A stretch of DNA of 64,000 nucleotides, from assembly GCF_009914755.1 (NCBI RefSeq), contig NC_060936.1. One strand, 5' to 3'. This document shows positions 58,582-64,000 of the stretch, piece by piece. Source of the DNA: the human T2T-CHM13v2.0 reference genome, Homo sapiens. Each line of letters opens with the position of its first letter. The stretch's first letter is position 1. Below the pieces are notes generated by a model. That model did no database searches. It had not been told where the DNA came from and saw only the letters and a list, made by a program, of their open reading frames with translations. The position numbers were made by a program, and so were the translations under genes.

Positions 58582-59664
58582 GTAAGACTACACAGTGTCA
58601 TCATCAAATGCCCACATGTAGGCCAATGTGTAGTGGAGCTGTCCTCTCTTTTATGTGCTCCCTCCCCTTCCCTCTCCTTCTTCCTCCTACCCTCGCTTCC
58701 TCTGCCCTTCCTTCTCCCCCTCCATCTCCCTTTTTGTAATTTGGAAAATGTCAAGCATTTGTAAAAGCAGACAGAATTATGTAATGAATCCTCAAGTTCT
58801 CATGATCCATCCTCAACAGTAATCCTCTTGTGGCCAGTCTAATTTCATCTATGCCCCTACCACTCTTCACATCCCCTGATGATTCTGATTACTTTCTCAT
58901 TTCAAGAAAGCATTTAATGTAGAATTTAAACAGATTCTATTTCAAATCAGTGAAAGGGGCCCAAATATTATTCTAGGCAGAGTCTTAGAGGCTGATAAAA
59001 CAAAAAGCCTTTATTATTGCTTAGTCTAACTTTCCTTTTAAAGAAAGAAATCAACATTATTCTTTTAGTTACCAAATGTTTGGCAAGCATATTGGGTGGC
59101 ATTCTAAGTCTCTTTGTTAAAATTCAAAATTAAATAAGGTATGGTTTTTTTGGGGAAGACTGAGATGTAAACCCATCATCATAGCAGTGCAATAGGCACT
59201 AAGGACAGGCATCCCTAAAATATTCTAAGCTTACAAAGGAGAGGAGCTGCTAACTATAGTCTGGGAGGAGAGGTGTCTCACAAAGGCTGTGTGGAAGCTA
59301 GGACTTGAAGGAAGGGTAGGAATTTTCCAGATGGAAAAAGAAGATAGAATTTTAAAAACAAATGGGAAATCAAACAAATGGGAAAAAAACGCTTATTTTT
59401 CACAACTGTGCTCTGTTGGTGAAAGCATTTGGATGGAAGCTGGAAGCATATATGAAAGAATGGTAGCCAAAAATCACATTAAAATTTTTTTTTTCAGAAC
59501 ATGAGAATTTTTGCTCTTAGTAACTGTGTTACCCTGGACTTAGGAAGTTGTTACACACTTTGTAGATGCAGTATCTTTAGGTCAGCTTCTTAATGTTTCA
59601 GGGTTTTTTGTTTCTTTTTCTTTTTTTTTTTTTTAACTTAACAAAATCAAATGCTTTCAAACAG

Positions 59665-59773
59665 GGCCCGACTCTTAATTGTAATGGAGATGATGGAAGG
59701 GGGAGAGCTATTTCACAGAATCAGCCAGCACCGGCACTTTACAGAGAAGCAAGCCAGCCAAGTAACAAAGCAG
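59665..59773 (+). CDS. MAPKAPK5: MAPKAPK5 exon 5 (ARLLIVMEMMEGGELFHRISQHRHFTEKQASQVTKQ)
   Basis: CAG acceptor and GGELF motif; the frame to exon 6 is kept with a non-canonical CAG|GCAAGT donor (109 nt). Confidence 0.92.
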
Positions 59774-61182
59774 GCAAGTTAACCCCAGGTACCAATCAAA
59801 CTGCCACCAAAGTTGGTTAACAAGCACAATTTCATTGGGGGGAAGAAAAGAAAACTTAAAGAAAAGCTCTATTTGACTTCTCATTGCCTGCTTTGTTATG
59901 TAATCAGAAAAGATGTTTTGACAGGAGAAATGTGACCCCTTTTATACTTGGGGGTGGGGGTACTGTGTTCTTAATTGGTTGTCAACTGTTTCCTGAGGCT
60001 GCTGTGAGATTTCAATAAACTCTGGAAGGAAGGCATCTTAACTGCTTTGTAGACTGCAGTTATCTTTAGGCATGTAGCTACCAAGTACTGTTATTGGACT
60101 TTGCAATAAAATGCTGCTGATACCACCTGAAAGATTGTATGGTATAAAAATGTATTTTAAGAGAATTGTACATAAGATGCTTCCTGCATGTGAGCCACCT
60201 TTCTGTGATTTCTTCAGATTTAATAATATCCTAAGATCTTTGTAATTCTGAATTATTCCTGGTTATATTCTATGTTGACATCACATTTTATTGCTGTAGA
60301 AATGATTTATGTCACAAACAATACTAGGAATCCAGCTGATAATCACTTCTTGCAGAGGTGAAAAGCTAAACCCTCAAGGCTTATCTTCATACCAGGCAAG
60401 CAAAGCAAAGAGAATTAGGAAGCACAGCCCAATTGCTTCTTAATAAAAAGTTCTTCCAAGTTTCCCATGAACCTTAAGCAATTTTGGATGCCTCCTTTCT
60501 GGTAGGGAGGAACTGATACTTGGATTGCTGAGAAAATGCCATATGGAGAGTTAAAGAACAAGTAAAATCTGTTCTTTCTGTTTGATTTTTAAAATTATAC
60601 CTTTAATTTTTTCAAATATTAGGATTAAAGGATGAGCTCTGATAATCTTCTATAAAATAAAACCCCTTCAAATCCACATAAACAGGCAACATTTTCAACA
60701 AGCATGATGAGCAAAATGAGTTTCCAGTATGAATTGGAAAAACCCAGTCAGCTGATTTCTTGACCCTCAGCTCCCTGGAGAGTGCCATTCTTGTCTGAGC
60801 CCTGCTGTGGGAACTGCGCCTGCTGACCATTGCTCAGCTTAGGTGTTTCTTCTGCAGTGTCTGTCATACCTCAGATGAATGAAAGTGGGAGCATTTCATT
60901 TTTCCCATTTCTTACAGGATTTACCCATCAGTTTATTCTGACAAAGAATTGCTGTACCATCATATTTTTCTTTCTGTCTGACAAAATACAAGTTGCAGTT
61001 AAACTAAGCTTAATCCATTCTGTTTCTTGGTATTCCAAGTTTTTCTTAATTTCTGCTTTAAAATTGAAAGTGAACGCAGTCTTAATGAAGGCTTGTTTTT
61101 TGACATCCTGAGTTCTCTACGCCAGGTGTATTAAAGAGTGGTCTTTTCTAAGAAGCGACTGTTTCATTGTGTCTTTTTTCAG

Positions 61183-61272
61183 ATAGCTTTGGCTCTGCGG
61201 CACTGTCACTTGTTAAACATTGCGCACAGAGACCTCAAGCCTGAAAATCTGCTTTTTAAGGATAACTCTTTG
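61183..61272 (+). CDS. MAPKAPK5: MAPKAPK5 exon 6 (IALALRHCHLLNIAHRDLKPENLLFKDNSL), catalytic loop
   Basis: CAG acceptor, TTG|GTGAGA donor, 90 nt, HRDLKPEN. Confidence 0.97.
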
Positions 61273-61996
61273 GTGAGAAGACTGTTTTTCTGCATTTTAG
61301 TGCTGCAACTCTTAACATAGTTCAGGAGTGGGTGTGTTTGGAGCGCTCTGAATTCATGGTGAAAAAGCTTTAAGCCAAAGTGCTTCAAACAGCTTATTTC
61401 TTCAACTCGTTCCCTTGCTAGAGGCTCAGAGAAGCTGTACTACTGTACTCCCGGCATTGATAATTTTGGATGATACTGATATGTATTTGTGGGACTTAAT
61501 GATTTTGGATATTATTTGGAGGACCTTTGGGAAGGGGCAGGAATCTGTATGCTGTTATATATTATCTCGTTTCATTTGCTGTTTTCCCTTTCAGCTCTGT
61601 CCCCTGCCCCATGTCTCACCAGATAAGTTGCTCTGTCTATCATGAAGCTTATGGCAGATATTAAAAGTGAAGTAGCATCCCAGATTGATGAGAGGTGATG
61701 GGCTTATAGAGTGAAGGGTCCCTAGGCCAAGACCTTGACGTTAGTGCTGCCCTTACAAGTTCTAAAGCAAAAATAGCTGTGTGAGTGGGTAGGAATTCCT
61801 TACTTCTGCATTACTAAGGACAGTTCCTCAGTGTGAATCATTGTCTCCAGACCTGGGGACATGTTATTTTCATAAGTTCGCATCTCAGCTGGAAAGAAAC
61901 TTGTTAGATCTCAGGGTAACATGTCTTACACCTGGATTTTCCTTTAATGTTTACTGAGCACTCTGGAGCAGTGACTCCTTTTTTTTTTAATTTCAG

Positions 61997-62092
61997 GATG
62001 CCCCAGTGAAGTTGTGTGACTTTGGATTTGCCAAGATTGACCAAGGTGACTTGATGACACCCCAGTTCACCCCTTATTATGTAGCACCCCAG
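61997..62092 (+). CDS. MAPKAPK5: MAPKAPK5 exon 7 (DAPVKLCDFGFAKIDQGDLMTPQFTPYYVAPQ), activation loop with Thr182
   Basis: CAG acceptor, CAG|GTAAGC donor, 96 nt. The cumulative 579 nt places the LMTP threonine at residue 182, the known activating site. Confidence 0.97.
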
Positions 62093-62448
62093 GTAAGCAT
62101 GTGCGGTTTCTGTCCTAAGATCTGTCACCAAGCTGCCCATCAACTCGTGTTCCTTCTATTCTACAGCACAAGTAGGCATATATTACAGATGGGAGGGGGA
62201 GAACTTAGCTTTAGAAACCTACAGATTGCTTTATTTGGTGTAGATCTTTTATTCTTTTAAAATCAACTTTAGCCAGGTGCGGTGGCTCACGCCTTTAATC
62301 CCAGCACTTTGGGAGGCTGAGGCGGGTGGATTACAAGTTCAGGAGATGGAGACCATCCTGGATAACACGGTGAAACCCTGTCTCTACTAAAAAAAATATA
62401 AAAAATTAGCCGAGTGTGGTGGCGCACACCTGTAATTCGTGCTACTCA

Positions 62449-64000
<1,552 letters not shown>

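Noticed and set aside
61180-61186. Tandem acceptor CAG-ATAG at exon 6
   Set aside because: The +4 AG would frameshift; such neighbours are common and nothing in the sequence indicates regulated use.
62084-62092. APQ instead of the APE kinase motif, suggesting a pseudokinase or an error
   Set aside because: APQ is, to my knowledge, the normal MAPKAPK5 sequence; the catalytic Lys, HRD and DFG are intact.

Overview
Primate (human-like) genomic DNA matching the 12q24.12 ALDH2 - MAPKAPK5-AS1 - MAPKAPK5 interval. On the + strand it holds the last coding exon and proximal 3' UTR of ALDH2 (454-486 coding), then about 32 kb of nested retroelements, a CpG island with a head-to-head MAPKAPK5/MAPKAPK5-AS1 overlap (about 32.8-33.9 kb), and MAPKAPK5 coding exons 1-7 (aa 1-193; the gene continues past the window). 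The intergenic part contains an internally deleted LTR13 solo LTR and a near full-length but decayed HERV-K(HML-6) provirus (7071-16767, minus, 6-bp TSD) inserted in a MaLR LTR and itself carrying a MER11 solo LTR and two Alus. It also has a MER61 LTR with a 56-bp tandem array, a full-length L1PA3/4-type L1 with dead ORF1/ORF2 but an open antisense ORF0, and a sense-oriented LTR12C. The least explained signals are a 45-bp fold-back hairpin at an Alu 5' junction (51730-51828), a TSD-flanked 5' half of tRNA-Cys (51133-51169), an in-frame CUG-initiated 127-codon extension plus two uORFs in the MAPKAPK5 leader, and a GC donor flanked by competing GT donors. Repeat subfamily names come from recalled consensus sequences, not database searches. 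Most ORFs in the supplied track are Alu-derived noise.
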